A DNA stretch of 64,000 bases from the NCBI GenBank assembly GCA_039197515.1, contig JBCCUC010000004.1:35567-99566 (forward strand), in the 5' to 3' direction. How positions within the stretch are numbered: position 1 is the first letter of the stretch; the number at the start of each line of letters is the position of its first letter. Origin of the DNA: Pseudomonadota bacterium. Lineage in GTDB: Bacteria; Pseudomonadota; Alphaproteobacteria; Rhodobacterales; Rhodobacteraceae. The notes below the pieces were generated by a model. The model was not told the DNA's origin, ran no database searches, and saw nothing but the letters and a program-made list of their open reading frames with translations. Made by a program: the position numbers and the translations under genes. Shown one piece after another: positions 45,068-55,046 of this stretch.

Positions 45068-45466
45068 ATGCTGACAGACACCGATTGGTACGGCCCTGAC
45101 GCGGCCACATTTGGCGACCGCGTCGCGGCTGCGCGCGAACATGCTGATATGACGCAGGCCGTCTTGGCCAAGCGCCTGGGCATTCGACAGGCCACCCTGC
45201 GCGAGTGGGAGGATGACCTCAAAGAGCCTCGCGCGAACCGTCTTTCAATGCTGGCGGGCGTGCTCAATGTCTCCATGATGTGGCTCATCACCGGTGAGGG
45301 CGAAGGGGTCGACGCCCCGTCTGATGAGGCGACTTCGGCTGGCGATCTGCCTCAGATCATGGCGGAGATGCGCAGCTTGCGGGGAAAAATGCTGCGCAAC
45401 GCCGAGGCGATGGGGCGGCTGGAAAAGCGCATGCGGCAAGTGCTGGATGATCAGGGCCGTGTCTGA
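45068..45466 (+). CDS. XRE-family HTH protein
   Basis: TFGDRV..ARE...MTQ..LA..LG....L..WE.D..EPRANRL, WLITGEG. Confidence 0.85.
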   Translation: MLTDTDWYGPDAATFGDRVAAAREHADMTQAVLAKRLGIRQATLREWEDDLKEPRANRLSMLAGVLNVSMMWLITGEGEGVDAPSDEATSAGDLPQIMAEMRSLRGKMLRNAEAMGRLEKRMRQVLDDQGRV

Positions 45467-45722
45467 ACCGCGCGCGCACCGGGTCAAGCGCCTCGCCATG
45501 CGCTCCATGCGGCGGGGTATCAAGGAGATGGACCTCATCCTCTCGGCCTATGCGGATGCAAAACTCGCCGCCATGGATGATCCGGCCCTCGCGCTCTACG
45601 ATGATCTTTTGGATGAAAATGACCACGATCTTTACGCGTGGGTCAGCGGCCAAATGCCTGCACCGGCACAATTTTCTGAGCTCATCTCAGACATTCAAAG
45701 ACAATTTTCGCTCCAGCGCTAG
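45459..45722 (+). CDS. sdhE: Succinate dehydrogenase assembly factor SdhE/SDHAF2
   Basis: RRGIKEMDL (RGxxE motif), LL.END.DL..W. Confidence 0.9.
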   Translation: MSEPRAHRVKRLAMRSMRRGIKEMDLILSAYADAKLAAMDDPALALYDDLLDENDHDLYAWVSGQMPAPAQFSELISDIQRQFSLQR

Positions 45723-45922
45723 ATCTCGCGCGTGCGCGGTGTAAGCGGCAGTTCAGGTCCGGAATGTATCGTCGCCCAAGATGCTAGACCCAGACGCTCA
45801 GGTGAGGGAGTGAAACAGAAAATTTACCAACAAAATCAATTATCAGAGGTGATGTTTCGGTTTAACGAAATATTCTGATTTATTCGTCACGTTCCGTGGA
45901 AACATTGAGCAGGAGACCTCAA

Positions 45923-46423
45923 ATGAGCATTCAAGACCCGGTCGTGCATGGCCATACCGAGAAGGGCTTCATGGTCAGCTATCTGGAGGCGCTTTCCCTG
46001 GTTGAGCGTTTGCATCGCCTGTTGCTGGACGTGATCAAAGATGAGTTTGAGCGCGTGGGCGTTTTGGAGATCAATGCGGTCCAGGCGCTTTTGCTGTTCA
46101 ACATCGGCAACAACGAAGTGACGGCAGGCGAATTGAAAAGCCGCGGCTACTACCAAGGCAGCAACGTGAGCTACAACCTCAAAAAGCTTGTTGAGATGGG
46201 CTATATGCACCACCAGCGGTGTGAGATTGACCGGCGCTCCGTGCGGGTGCGCTTGACCGAAAAGGGCCGCGGCATCCGCGATGTGGTGGCCGATCTCTTC
46301 GCGCGCCATGCCGATGGCCTGATGGACAAAGGCGTGCTCGGCCCCGGCGGCATATCGGAGATCACGACGCAGTTGCGCCGGGTTGAGCGGTATTGGACCG
46401 ATCAGATCCGCTACATCTATTAA
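45923..46423 (+). CDS. MarR-family (LdtR-like) transcriptional regulator
   Basis: AGGAG SD; ERLHRLLLDVIKDE, GYYQGSNVSYNLKKL, DRRSVRVRLT.KG. Confidence 0.88.
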   Translation: MSIQDPVVHGHTEKGFMVSYLEALSLVERLHRLLLDVIKDEFERVGVLEINAVQALLLFNIGNNEVTAGELKSRGYYQGSNVSYNLKKLVEMGYMHHQRCEIDRRSVRVRLTEKGRGIRDVVADLFARHADGLMDKGVLGPGGISEITTQLRRVERYWTDQIRYIY

Positions 46424-46522
46424 GGCGTCCCGCCTTTAACGTGAAACATCAAGTATCGTCGATGTCCCGAGAGCGCGAAGCGCGGCAGGGTATCCGCGAT
46501 TCAGGTGAAAGGCGGGGCTCTA
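46421..46522. repeat. About 100-bp element with terminal inverted repeats (MITE-like)
   Basis: GTCCCGCCTTTAAC (46427-40) and GTGAAAGGCGGGGC (46505-18) are 12/14 complementary; TA at both outer ends. Confidence 0.35.
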
Positions 46523-46911
46523 TAATGTCTTGGCGTGCCGCGGCCGCAAGCGAGGCTGTGCATGCCGCACGTCCAGACGGGCATCAAGAATGAGGCTGCT
46601 TGGTGATCGCGCAAAAGAGCTTTGACGATTGTATTAGGGCAGAATGCGCCAAAGGGCATGGTGTGGCTGCTGCATTCCTGCCGATCTCAATGCCCTTCGG
46701 ACCTGCGCTCTCACCTTGAACCTTTCGCATAGACTTTTCGCCTGTGGCGCAACAGCCGACTTGGCAGGCAAAATACTACCGCACGGTTTTGCGGTGCGAA
46801 ATCACACACTGTCCGCCTTTCGCAACCGCTGCGCGGAGGTGGCTATGGCCTCGGCACTTTCTGTAATGTTTGTGTGATGCGTTCGCGACTGCACGCAAAG
46901 AGCCGCCTTGC

Positions 46912-47364
46912 TCAGCCGTTGAGCCTCTCCCAATGCGCTTGCGCTTTTCGGATCATCTCAATTTGACCTTTGTCAAACGCGCGCCCGCCAACTGGCCGCG
47001 CAAAGAGATAAAGACCACCCTCAAAGATGCGCCAAACCTCCGGGTCGCCATCAACAACTTTCTTGAACGACATCGCCCGCGTGCAAAATCCGCCAAACCT
47101 TGGCGCGAATGCAGCCGGGTTTTCCGCAAAGCGCGCCGCTTCCTCGGCTGACCCAAAGTGCCAAGCCGCGCCCTGCCAGTCGACCACGACGCTCGGATCG
47201 CCGGGCCGTGCAGCCCCTTCGCGCCAGTAGGCGCGGGTATCAAATCCTTGGATGGCCGCGCCGCGCGCATCCTTTGAGACACCGGGCCCCCGCGCAAAAG
47301 CGGGTCGCACTATGACAAAGCCAGCGAGCGCACTGACAACAACGCGGCGGCTCATAATCATCAT
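46912..47364 (-). CDS. Exported YHS-domain protein
   Basis: Twin-Arg-like SRRVVV signal; AIQGFDT.AY, W.FGS.....F..NP..FAP.FGGFC, W.I..G.LY. Confidence 0.8.
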   Translation of the reverse strand: MMIMSRRVVVSALAGFVIVRPAFARGPGVSKDARGAAIQGFDTRAYWREGAARPGDPSVVVDWQGAAWHFGSAEEAARFAENPAAFAPRFGGFCTRAMSFKKVVDGDPEVWRIFEGGLYLFARPVGGRAFDKGQIEMIRKAQAHWERLNG

Positions 47365-47451
47365 CGTACCTCCAACGGATCCCGCGTACCGTATTCGGTG
47401 GCCCAAGACTGCGGAATGCACAAAGCCGTGACTGCCTTTCATCTTGAAAGG

Positions 47452-48162
47452 CTACCGCTGGGAGAAGACAAGCCCGTCCAATTCGCGCAGGAGCTTCTTT
47501 TGCATCGCGCGGGCATAGTCGCTGAACCCCAGTGCGGTCTGAACAAACGCACCTGGTCCCATGATCACGTCATTGGTGAAATAGGCCGACAGCTCTCCGA
47601 TCTCGGCCTGCCGGACATCGCCGATGGTCGGATCATCAATGCCGATCACAAGCCCATTGATGGTGATGCCCTGACCCTCAAGCTCAGCCTTGATTTCTGC
47701 CGGACGCGGGCCGAGGTTCGATTTGCCGTCCCCCGACACATCCAGCGTGCGCTTCCAACAGTCGGCCTGACCGGCAAGGTGCCGCGCACCCTCGCGCATC
47801 GCGATCCCAAGCGCCGTCCCCGGCGAGGCATTGCGCCGCTCGGCACCGCGCAAGGTCTGGATCACCACGTCGAGCGTCTCGTCACTGTCGATCTCAACCC
47901 AGGGCACCACAACCGCCTGATCCGTGGGCCCCGACCATTCAAAGATCAGCAGCCGCACCGGGGTCGAGGGCAAGGACATCAGCTTGCCCCGCACCTCAGG
48001 CGAATCCAAAGCAGCCGCAATGCCTCCCATTTGCAAGCGATACTCGCGCGCATCGACAGAGCCGGAGACGTCCAACGCCAAGGCCAGCGCCTGACGGCAG
48101 GCCGCGTGGGCCTGGTCGGCACTCAACACCATCAACGCCGCCAAAACCGCACGGCGGATCAT
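47452..48162 (-). CDS. Secreted DUF1194 (vWA-like) protein
   Basis: Signal peptide; LALDVSGSVD..EY.LQ, EWSG, T.LG, DVSGDG.SN, TINGL. Confidence 0.88.
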   Translation of the reverse strand: MIRRAVLAALMVLSADQAHAACRQALALALDVSGSVDAREYRLQMGGIAAALDSPEVRGKLMSLPSTPVRLLIFEWSGPTDQAVVVPWVEIDSDETLDVVIQTLRGAERRNASPGTALGIAMREGARHLAGQADCWKRTLDVSGDGKSNLGPRPAEIKAELEGQGITINGLVIGIDDPTIGDVRQAEIGELSAYFTNDVIMGPGAFVQTALGFSDYARAMQKKLLRELDGLVFSQR

Positions 48163-48869
48163 CCTTTCGGCTCATCTCGCGGCGGCACAAGGCCGATCAC
48201 CGCAGGCTGCAGCTCGCGTTCCAACTTGCGGCGCATGGCCCGTTCGTAATCGACAAAACCCTGCGCGATTTCCAGAAATTCCCCCGGCCCGTGCAGCACC
48301 TCGCCCCGGTAAAAAGGGATGAGATCGATCTCCCCCTCAAAATCCGCGGCGTTCACCACCAGACCGTTGACCGTGACGCTGTCAAAAGGAAAGGCGGCAT
48401 AGGCCTCGCGCGGGCCGAAACCATCGTTATTGCGCCCGTCTCCGGCCATATCAATGGTCTGGCGCAGACAGAACGGCCCACGCTCCAACATGCGGGCCCC
48501 AAAGCCAAGGGCGTATCCCATGGCCGTTGGATACTGCGAATGGCTGCGCGTGCTGCTGGCGATTTTCTCCGCCGCCGTGATCAGTTTTTCGGGCCGGTCG
48601 ACCAGCGTCCAATCCAAAAGCACCTGCTGCTGATACCGGCCTGACCACTCAAAGGCGGCCAAGGCCACGGGGTTATCTGCGGCAAAAAACGCGGCGATCA
48701 CTTCCGGCGCGGTAAGTGCGGCCACAAGGCCCCCGCGCTGCAGCGCATCTTCGGCAGGGTCCACAGAACTTGAGACGTCAATGGCCAGCAGCAACGCCAA
48801 CCGACATTGCGCCGCCGCCCAGGAGGGCAGGGCCAGCACTGCCAGCAGCGCTGCGGCCCACCTTACCAA
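48159..48869 (-). CDS. Secreted DUF1194 (vWA-like) protein, paralogue
   Basis: Signal peptide; LAIDVSSSVD..E..LQ, EWSG, TAMG, DMAGDG.NN, TVNGL; TTG start overlaps the gloA stop. Confidence 0.85.
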   Translation of the reverse strand: MVRWAAALLAVLALPSWAAAQCRLALLLAIDVSSSVDPAEDALQRGGLVAALTAPEVIAAFFAADNPVALAAFEWSGRYQQQVLLDWTLVDRPEKLITAAEKIASSTRSHSQYPTAMGYALGFGARMLERGPFCLRQTIDMAGDGRNNDGFGPREAYAAFPFDSVTVNGLVVNAADFEGEIDLIPFYRGEVLHGPGEFLEIAQGFVDYERAMRRKLERELQPAVIGLVPPRDEPKG

Positions 48870-49297
48870 TGGCCCGTGTTCTCCATGCTCGCCCAAGGCT
48901 CCTGCGCGGGCAGGGCATCGCCCTCCTGCAAAAGCTCGATCGAGATGTTGTCGGGGCTGCGTACAAAAGCCATGTGACCGTCCCGCGGCGGGCGGTTGAT
49001 GGTCACTCCGTTGTCCATAAGCAACTGACAACTCTCGTAGATATTCTCAACCGTATAGGCGAGATGGCCAAAATGGCGGCTGTCTGAGGGCAGGGCATCA
49101 TCGCCGTCCCAATTGTAGGTCAGCTCGACATCCGCGTGCCCGTCATCCATGCCAGGGGGGCAGAGGAACACCAAGGTGAAGCGCCCGCCTTCATGGTCGC
49201 GCCGCCGCCGCTCTTCGAGCCCCAAGAGCTTGTAAAAGGCGATGGACTTATCGAGGTCTTTCACGCGGACCATTGTGTGCAGATATTTGATGGGCAT
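48863..49297 (-). CDS. gloA: Lactoylglutathione lyase (glyoxalase I)
   Basis: YLHTMVRV.DL..S..FY, ELTYNWD, FGHLA, AFVRSPD.ISIEL. Confidence 0.9.
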   Translation of the reverse strand: MPIKYLHTMVRVKDLDKSIAFYKLLGLEERRRRDHEGGRFTLVFLCPPGMDDGHADVELTYNWDGDDALPSDSRHFGHLAYTVENIYESCQLLMDNGVTINRPPRDGHMAFVRSPDNISIELLQEGDALPAQEPWASMENTGHW

Positions 49298-49371
49298 CAG
49301 GGTCTCCTGCCATAGCGCTTTGCGCCGAACCTAGCATAGGCCCCGGCGGATACCAGAGCATAGCACACCCC

Positions 49372-50727
49372 TCAAAAAGCGGAGCGGATCCCGATGTTCA
49401 GACCCACGCGGTTCACATCGTAAAGCTCAACGTTGCTGTTTGTGGTGGAGGCTGAAAGGGTCACAGTGGGGTTGAACCCGTAGTAATCGATCTCTTTGAA
49501 CGTGGCCGTCACATCGGCGAAGAACCGGTTGTCTTGCCTCCCGCCCGGGGCGTTAATCGACACATCGTAATCGCGAAAGCTGACGCCAAGGCCGATCTGG
49601 ACCGCGGCACCCGCCAGGGGTTTGCGCAGCGACAGCCGCGTGCGCAACGCCACCTCGCCGTATTCCGCATTGGCGTTGATCGAATCTGTGATTTTGGCCG
49701 AGAGACCGAAAAAGCCGGAGTTGCCGTTGGCGAAGGCCTGCGTGATCCCAGCAGAAAGGCCCAGCGTATCCACGTCCGAGGTCGCTTGGCCCCATTGCCG
49801 CTCCAGATTTGTGCCGAATTGCAACCGCCGATTGCCTGGCATGATCAGCGATTGCTGCCCAGAAACCCGAAGGTAGCTGGCATAGCGCGCCCCGCCGTAC
49901 CAGGTTTGCCCGGCCTCGGTGTCGAGCGACATCTCACCGCGGCGCTCAAAGTTTATCTGGCGGTAGCCGTACCCCAAGGCGACCGACCCAAAGGCGAAAT
50001 CGCTGCCCCTGACATCTGCGTCGCCCAAATCGTCGGTGATAGAATACGTCTTGTAGGAGGCTGCGATCTTTGCGTCGTGGGCTGTGGTCGCGGTTTGGTG
50101 AAAACGGTAGCGGCTGCGCAGACTGCCGCCAAATTCAAGTCCCGCAATCGCCTGGTCTGCGACGTCAAGCGTGTATTCCAGCGGGAAAGGCACATCGTCG
50201 AGGTATATGAACCCTCGGTCCGTGTTGCTCGCATTATTGATGTTGGAGTTTGGCGCGAAAACGAAGATCAGATCGGTCTGCCAAGGGTTTTGCTGTCGCA
50301 CATAGCCGAAGTCACGCGTTGCCCGGGCGCGCAGCGCGTCATTGGGCGCGTGTTCGGCCGCGCGTCTCAGCCAAAGCTGCGCGCGGGTGCGCTTGCCATC
50401 GGTTGCAAGCACCTGCGCAGTCACAAGAGCGGCCGCATACTTCTGCGCCTGCGTCTCAGAGAGTGTCCAAGCGGTGCGCGCCGCATCGCGCGCGGTTCGT
50501 GTATCGCCAAGGTCCCGTGCCGCACGGGCCACGATGAGATGGGCGTTGAGGTCTTGGGCATCCCGCGCGATCAGCGCGCGGCCGAAATCAAGCGCCGTTT
50601 GCGGCTCGCCCACGCGCAATGCGGTTCGCGCTGCTTGCCGAAGCTCGTCCGGTCCCAAAGTCACCTGCGAGACACCCGGCGCGGCGGTGAACAAAAGCAC
50701 CGCCGCAACTTGGATCATCCGAGACAT
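49372..50727 (-). CDS. Surface lipoprotein assembly modifier (Slam; TPR plus DUF560 beta-barrel)
   Basis: Signal peptide, Ala/Arg-rich TPR-like helices, PNSNINN motif at the barrel start, amphipathic strands, GFNPT.T.S...SNV.LY, terminal Phe. Confidence 0.78.
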   Translation of the reverse strand: MSRMIQVAAVLLFTAAPGVSQVTLGPDELRQAARTALRVGEPQTALDFGRALIARDAQDLNAHLIVARAARDLGDTRTARDAARTAWTLSETQAQKYAAALVTAQVLATDGKRTRAQLWLRRAAEHAPNDALRARATRDFGYVRQQNPWQTDLIFVFAPNSNINNASNTDRGFIYLDDVPFPLEYTLDVADQAIAGLEFGGSLRSRYRFHQTATTAHDAKIAASYKTYSITDDLGDADVRGSDFAFGSVALGYGYRQINFERRGEMSLDTEAGQTWYGGARYASYLRVSGQQSLIMPGNRRLQFGTNLERQWGQATSDVDTLGLSAGITQAFANGNSGFFGLSAKITDSINANAEYGEVALRTRLSLRKPLAGAAVQIGLGVSFRDYDVSINAPGGRQDNRFFADVTATFKEIDYYGFNPTVTLSASTTNSNVELYDVNRVGLNIGIRSAF

Positions 50728-50750
50728 GCGGACCTCACCGTCCGCCGCCA

Positions 50751-51785
50751 TCAACGATAGATGTTAAAGCCGATTGTGTCGCGCACAGTGATGTTTTGCG
50801 TATCGGTCGTGCTCTCGGTCACAACGATCCCCACAAGCTCTTCCGCGCCGTCGCCCGAGATGATCCCGAAGTATTGGCCGGTGCCGTACTCCACCACCTG
50901 CCCATCGTTGTCGCCGAAGGGCGTGGTGACTTCGCCCTGGATCTCACCGTTTCTGTCCAAAACATTGGGACCCACAGAGAAAACAGTCGTCGGGATCGCC
51001 GTGAGCGAAGAGTTATTGTTGGCGTTGATGCGCGCAATCACGTCCTCGGTGATACGGTTGCCGCTGAGGTCAAAGATCTCCTTGTTGAAGACAAAGCCGT
51101 CCACAGCACCCTCATAGACGCCGGTGGCCTCGTTGAAGTCGTCAAAGTCGATGGCAATCTGCACATCTTCGGTGATGTAGTCCAAGCCGCCGCGGCCCTG
51201 ATAGTCGCGCAGGCCCGCGCCCTGACCGTCATAGCGCGCCTGGCCCTGCGTGGGCAGCGTCACAACGCCATCCCGTTCATAGACAAAGCCGCCAAAGCCG
51301 TAGCCCGCGTAGGCTCCGGTGCGCACGATGGCAAACTCCGTCTGGCCTGAGCGGGAGACGCCGTAGATGGCGCGGTGCGTGAACTGGTTGATGGCGCGGT
51401 TGGTGGCGCCATCCTGTGACTGGCTCACCGCTTCATAAACGGCGTATTGGCCGTCGCCAAAACTGCCCAGCGGCGTGCTGCGGATGTAGGGTTCGTCTTC
51501 GTTGCCATCAAAGGGCAGGTTGTCGACACTGAACGTGTCCGTCGTTGAATCGTAGCTCACACTCTCCGCAAACCCGTTTCCGACCTCGTCATCGCGCGCT
51601 TCCTTGCGAAAGATCCGTTCGTCAGGTTCGGGGTTTGTCGTTCCGGGTGGCAGCTGTCGATCGCTCGTGATCTCGCCATCCGTGGTGGAGTCATTTGTCG
51701 CATCTTGGCCAAACGGGGCGTCTCCGCTGCCACATCCGACGAGCGCTGTGCACAACAGCAGAAGCCCTATTCGATTCTTTGTCAT
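50751..51785 (-). CDS. Surface lipoprotein with TbpB-like C-terminal barrel (putative Slam cargo)
   Basis: LVGC lipobox, G/S/T/D-rich tether, LPTQGQARYDG, IAIDF, G..SGDGAEELVG, terminal GF strand. Confidence 0.72.
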   Translation of the reverse strand: MTKNRIGLLLLCTALVGCGSGDAPFGQDATNDSTTDGEITSDRQLPPGTTNPEPDERIFRKEARDDEVGNGFAESVSYDSTTDTFSVDNLPFDGNEDEPYIRSTPLGSFGDGQYAVYEAVSQSQDGATNRAINQFTHRAIYGVSRSGQTEFAIVRTGAYAGYGFGGFVYERDGVVTLPTQGQARYDGQGAGLRDYQGRGGLDYITEDVQIAIDFDDFNEATGVYEGAVDGFVFNKEIFDLSGNRITEDVIARINANNNSSLTAIPTTVFSVGPNVLDRNGEIQGEVTTPFGDNDGQVVEYGTGQYFGIISGDGAEELVGIVVTESTTDTQNITVRDTIGFNIYR

Positions 51786-51981
51786 GATCGCCTGCCTAAC
51801 CAGTTGTTTTGCCGTCATTACCGGCAAACCGGGTCGTTTTGTCAACGGCTGCGAAACAGATTCGCGTAAAAACACAAAGAGGTGCTGTGGATAACACACC
51901 ACCTCATATTGCAGTTCCGACTGGGCCTTCCGCAAGATATAGTTGAGGGGCGAATCCCCGCCTGCCAGAGGATATCTCATC

Positions 51982-52887
51982 ATGCCATTGAGCCCGGACC
52001 AACACGCCGAAATCGATGCGCTGCGCACCGCGCCGCAGCAGACGTTGCGCGCCACCGTGCCCGGCATGGAGGCGCACCTTTACCATGCGCATGAGGTGCT
52101 CGATCACGGGTTCTTTCGCGTGATCGACTATATGGGAGACGATGCGGCGATCTGCCAGGCGGCACGCGTCTCTTACGGGCGCGGCACCAAATCGGTGCAG
52201 AACGACGCTGGGCTGATCCGGTATTTGATGCGCCATTGGCATTCGACGCCCTTTGAGATGTGTGAGATCAAGATGCACGTCAAACTGCCGGTCTTTGTCG
52301 CCCGCCAGTGGATCCGGCACCGGACAGCGAATGTGAACGAGTATTCTGCCCGATACTCTATTCTTGACCGCGAATTCTACATCCCAGCCGCGGATCACTT
52401 GAACGCACAGAGCACGGTAAACAACCAGGGCCGCGGCACCCTGCTGCAGGGAGCGGAGGCAGCGCGGGTCCTGGAAATCCTGAAAGCCGATTCAACGCGC
52501 GCCTATGACAACTATGAAGAAATGATCAGCCAAGACGGCCAGGACGGGCTCGCGCGGGAACTTGCGCGCATGAACCTGCCCGCCAATGTCTACACCCAGT
52601 GGTATTGGAAAGTCGATTTGCACAACCTTTTTCACTTTTTACGCCTGCGCGCAGATGCGCATGCGCAATACGAGATCCGCGTCTATGCCGAGGCGATCTG
52701 CAAGGTCGTGGCCGATTGGGTGCCAGCTGCTTACGCCGCGTTTGAAGATTACCGGCTGGGCGGCGCGCACCTCAGCGCCAAAGCACTTGAGTGCCTGCGC
52801 CGGATGCTGCGCGGCGAGGCGGTCACCCAAGAAACCTCTGGCATGTCAAAAGGGGAATGGCGGGAATTCGAAGCGGCGATCGCGTGA
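51982..52887 (+). CDS. thyX: FAD-dependent thymidylate synthase
   Basis: AARVSY, H.TPFE, RQWIRHR...NEYSARY, RELAR..LP, HAQYEIR. Confidence 0.96.
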   Translation: MPLSPDQHAEIDALRTAPQQTLRATVPGMEAHLYHAHEVLDHGFFRVIDYMGDDAAICQAARVSYGRGTKSVQNDAGLIRYLMRHWHSTPFEMCEIKMHVKLPVFVARQWIRHRTANVNEYSARYSILDREFYIPAADHLNAQSTVNNQGRGTLLQGAEAARVLEILKADSTRAYDNYEEMISQDGQDGLARELARMNLPANVYTQWYWKVDLHNLFHFLRLRADAHAQYEIRVYAEAICKVVADWVPAAYAAFEDYRLGGAHLSAKALECLRRMLRGEAVTQETSGMSKGEWREFEAAIA

Positions 52888-53060
52888 GGTCCCCTCCGCT
52901 GGCAAGGATCGGCCGATGCAACTCTTTATGATCCGGCCCCGCATCGTTGCTGCAAATTCATCTGGCGTCAGAAACGACATCCGAACCTTGTCTGAGTCAG
53001 GGCCGTTGGAGACCAGCGCGTCGCGCTGGCCCCGCATCCAAACAATACTACAAAACTACA

Positions 53061-53267
53061 CTACAGGAGCGAGATATCCGCAGCCATCTTTCGGCCGTCG
53101 CGGCCCTCGCTCAACTCGAAACTCACCTTTTGATCATCCGCAAGACCGGTCAGGCCGGAGCGTTCAACGGCAGATATATGAACAAAGACGTCACTGCCGC
53201 CGCCGTCGGGCGCAATAAAGCCATATCCTTTTGTGGTGTTGAACCACTTCACGGTGCCTGTTGGCAT
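53061..53267 (-). CDS. cspA: Cold-shock protein
   Basis: GTVKWFNTTKGYGFI, DVFVHISA; AAGGAGG SD. Confidence 0.95.
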   Translation of the reverse strand: MPTGTVKWFNTTKGYGFIAPDGGGSDVFVHISAVERSGLTGLADDQKVSFELSEGRDGRKMAADISLL

Positions 53268-53425
53268 GTTTCCGTGCCTCCTTTGACGTCACTTCCCCTG
53301 AATCCACAGGGCCTTCCCAACGCAGACCGAACTGCGCCGCACACTCTTTAGAGATTGCGCTATTGTGTTAAAATTCAAGAACAGGGAGTTAAATCTTTGC
53401 CGGTTTTTGAAGGGGAGATGAAGAT

Positions 53426-53752
53426 ATGGGCACAACGCTCTACGGGCTTAAAAATTGTGACACGTGTCGCAAAGCGATGAAGGCGCTGCCAGACGCGCAA
53501 TTGGTTGATGTGCGTGCAGACGGGGTGCCTGAAGCGGTGCTTCGACGGGCCTTTGACGCATTTGGCGAAAGGCTCTTGAACACGCGATCCACGACATGGC
53601 GCGGGCTCGACGCGGCGGCCCGCGCCGCCCCGCCCATCGATCTGATCAAGGCGCATCCGGCTTTGATGAAGCGCCCGCTCATTGCTGTGGATAACGCGCT
53701 CTTTCTGTCTTGGAACAGTGAGGTAGAGCGTGAAGTGAAGGCGATGCTTTAA
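53426..53752 (+). CDS. ArsC/Spx/YffB family protein
   Basis: YGLKNCDTCRKA, LLNTRSTTWR, LMKRP; its stop overlaps the DoxX stop in a shared TTAA. Confidence 0.9.
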   Translation: MGTTLYGLKNCDTCRKAMKALPDAQLVDVRADGVPEAVLRRAFDAFGERLLNTRSTTWRGLDAAARAAPPIDLIKAHPALMKRPLIAVDNALFLSWNSEVEREVKAML

Positions 53753-54291
53753 TCCCGTTTTACGCGCAGGGCCTGGTCTATGGAAAGCGGGCCCGCGCCT
53801 TTGAACACAAGCACCGCAAAAAGCAGCACCCAAAGCCCGCGTTGATCGAGGATCAGCGCGCCGGGTGCTCCGTCAAACCATCCGCCAAGCTCTGCGCTGA
53901 GCCCCAGGCCAAAGACATCCGTCAAGGATTGCACGATGACAAATACAATCATGCCGAGGGCCGCCAAGCGTGTGAACAGGCCCAAAACGATCAAAACCGG
54001 CAGGATCAACTCTGCCCAGGTGCCGGCTAAGACCACGATTTTGTGATAAGTGCCCAAAGCGGTCACATCATAGCCCGCCGCCTCCATCGCTTTTGGAAAA
54101 ATCTGCGCGTAGGCCCCCAAGGAAGGGGTCCAAAGCCCCGCAAATCCATCGCCCAGTTTGGTCAGACCTGCTTTCATAAAGTACACCAGCAGCACGGCTG
54201 CAAAGAGAAAGCGTGCCAATGTTGGCAAGAGCCAATCCTCGCGTTCAAGGCGGTCGCCAAAGGCTTGGGTGAGCGACAAAAGTGCAGTCAT
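53749..54291 (-). CDS. DoxX family membrane protein (BufD-like)
   Basis: AR......F...[23 protein letters not shown]. Confidence 0.9.
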   Translation of the reverse strand: MTALLSLTQAFGDRLEREDWLLPTLARFLFAAVLLVYFMKAGLTKLGDGFAGLWTPSLGAYAQIFPKAMEAAGYDVTALGTYHKIVVLAGTWAELILPVLIVLGLFTRLAALGMIVFVIVQSLTDVFGLGLSAELGGWFDGAPGALILDQRGLWVLLFAVLVFKGAGPLSIDQALRVKRD

Positions 54292-55046
54292 GGTAGGTCC
54301 TTATGGTGGATTTCCGCAAGAGCTTGGCTGCTGAGCGCGAGCGTCAGCGTTGCGGTGAGGTCAAAGTCGTCTGCGGCGGCGAGCGCCGCGTCATGCGCTG
54401 CCGCCATGGTGGCCCCGCCTTGCAGCTCCAGCAGCCACGTTGCGCCACCGGGCGGCAGAGCATGAGGTGCAGGATCAAAGTCTGGACGGGTGATCAGCAC
54501 GGCTTGCGCGATGCTGCGCGGTTTGGGCCCGCCGTCCGCCTGATTGAACTGCCAGATGTCAAAAAGGGGCCAGGGCGAGCGGATGATCTGCGTGGCAGGT
54601 GCCAGGCTGAGCTTGGCCTCCATAAGCGCCTCCGGGGCCAGCAGGCCAAGACGCTGGGCATCAAAGGGTGGCGCATCAGCGGCGTGATAGGAATGGCGCA
54701 GGCCCAGGTCGAGCCGCGCGGCATCCGGCAGATACCCGATGTGCGCCAACGGTTCAAAACCCGCGAGAAATGCTGGGAATTCAGCGCCGTAGAACATCAT
54801 CAATGGAGACGTCGGTGGGTGATCGCGCACGAAAAGCCCGGCCAGCCGCTCGAAGTTCTGCGCCCCGATCAGTTTTTGCACCAGGGGAAAGGCCGTCTTC
54901 ATCGCCTCGATGAGCGACACCGTCACGTTGTTGCGGTAGACCCCGTAACGCTTGGTCGTCGGTTGATCCAGTGCGTCGAGAAGTCCCTCTGGAACAGGCG
55001 TTGTCGGATCCAGCAGCCCCGCGCGGAACCCTGACAGGCGGGTCAC
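54288..55046 (-). CDS. DUF2063 MNIO partner protein (BufC/HvfC-like)
   Basis: F...LLD, R..VYRNNV..SL.EA....FP, HPP.SP....YG..FP.FL, YL.D.ARL; overlaps both neighbours by 4 nt. Confidence 0.88.
   Translation of the reverse strand: MTRLSGFRAGLLDPTTPVPEGLLDALDQPTTKRYGVYRNNVTVSLIEAMKTAFPLVQKLIGAQNFERLAGLFVRDHPPTSPLMMFYGAEFPAFLAGFEPLAHIGYLPDAARLDLGLRHSYHAADAPPFDAQRLGLLAPEALMEAKLSLAPATQIIRSPWPLFDIWQFNQADGGPKPRSIAQAVLITRPDFDPAPHALPPGGATWLLELQGGATMAAAHDAALAAADDFDLTATLTLALSSQALAEIHHKDLP

Noticed and set aside
45068-45466. XRE gene as a prophage repressor or antitoxin
   Set aside because: Lies in a core aatA-XRE-sdhE-marR context with no phage, integrase or toxin genes.
51786-52067. N-terminal extension of the lipoprotein ORF overlapping thyX
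   Set aside because: The lipoprotein signal starts at 51785; the extension would overlap the divergent thyX.
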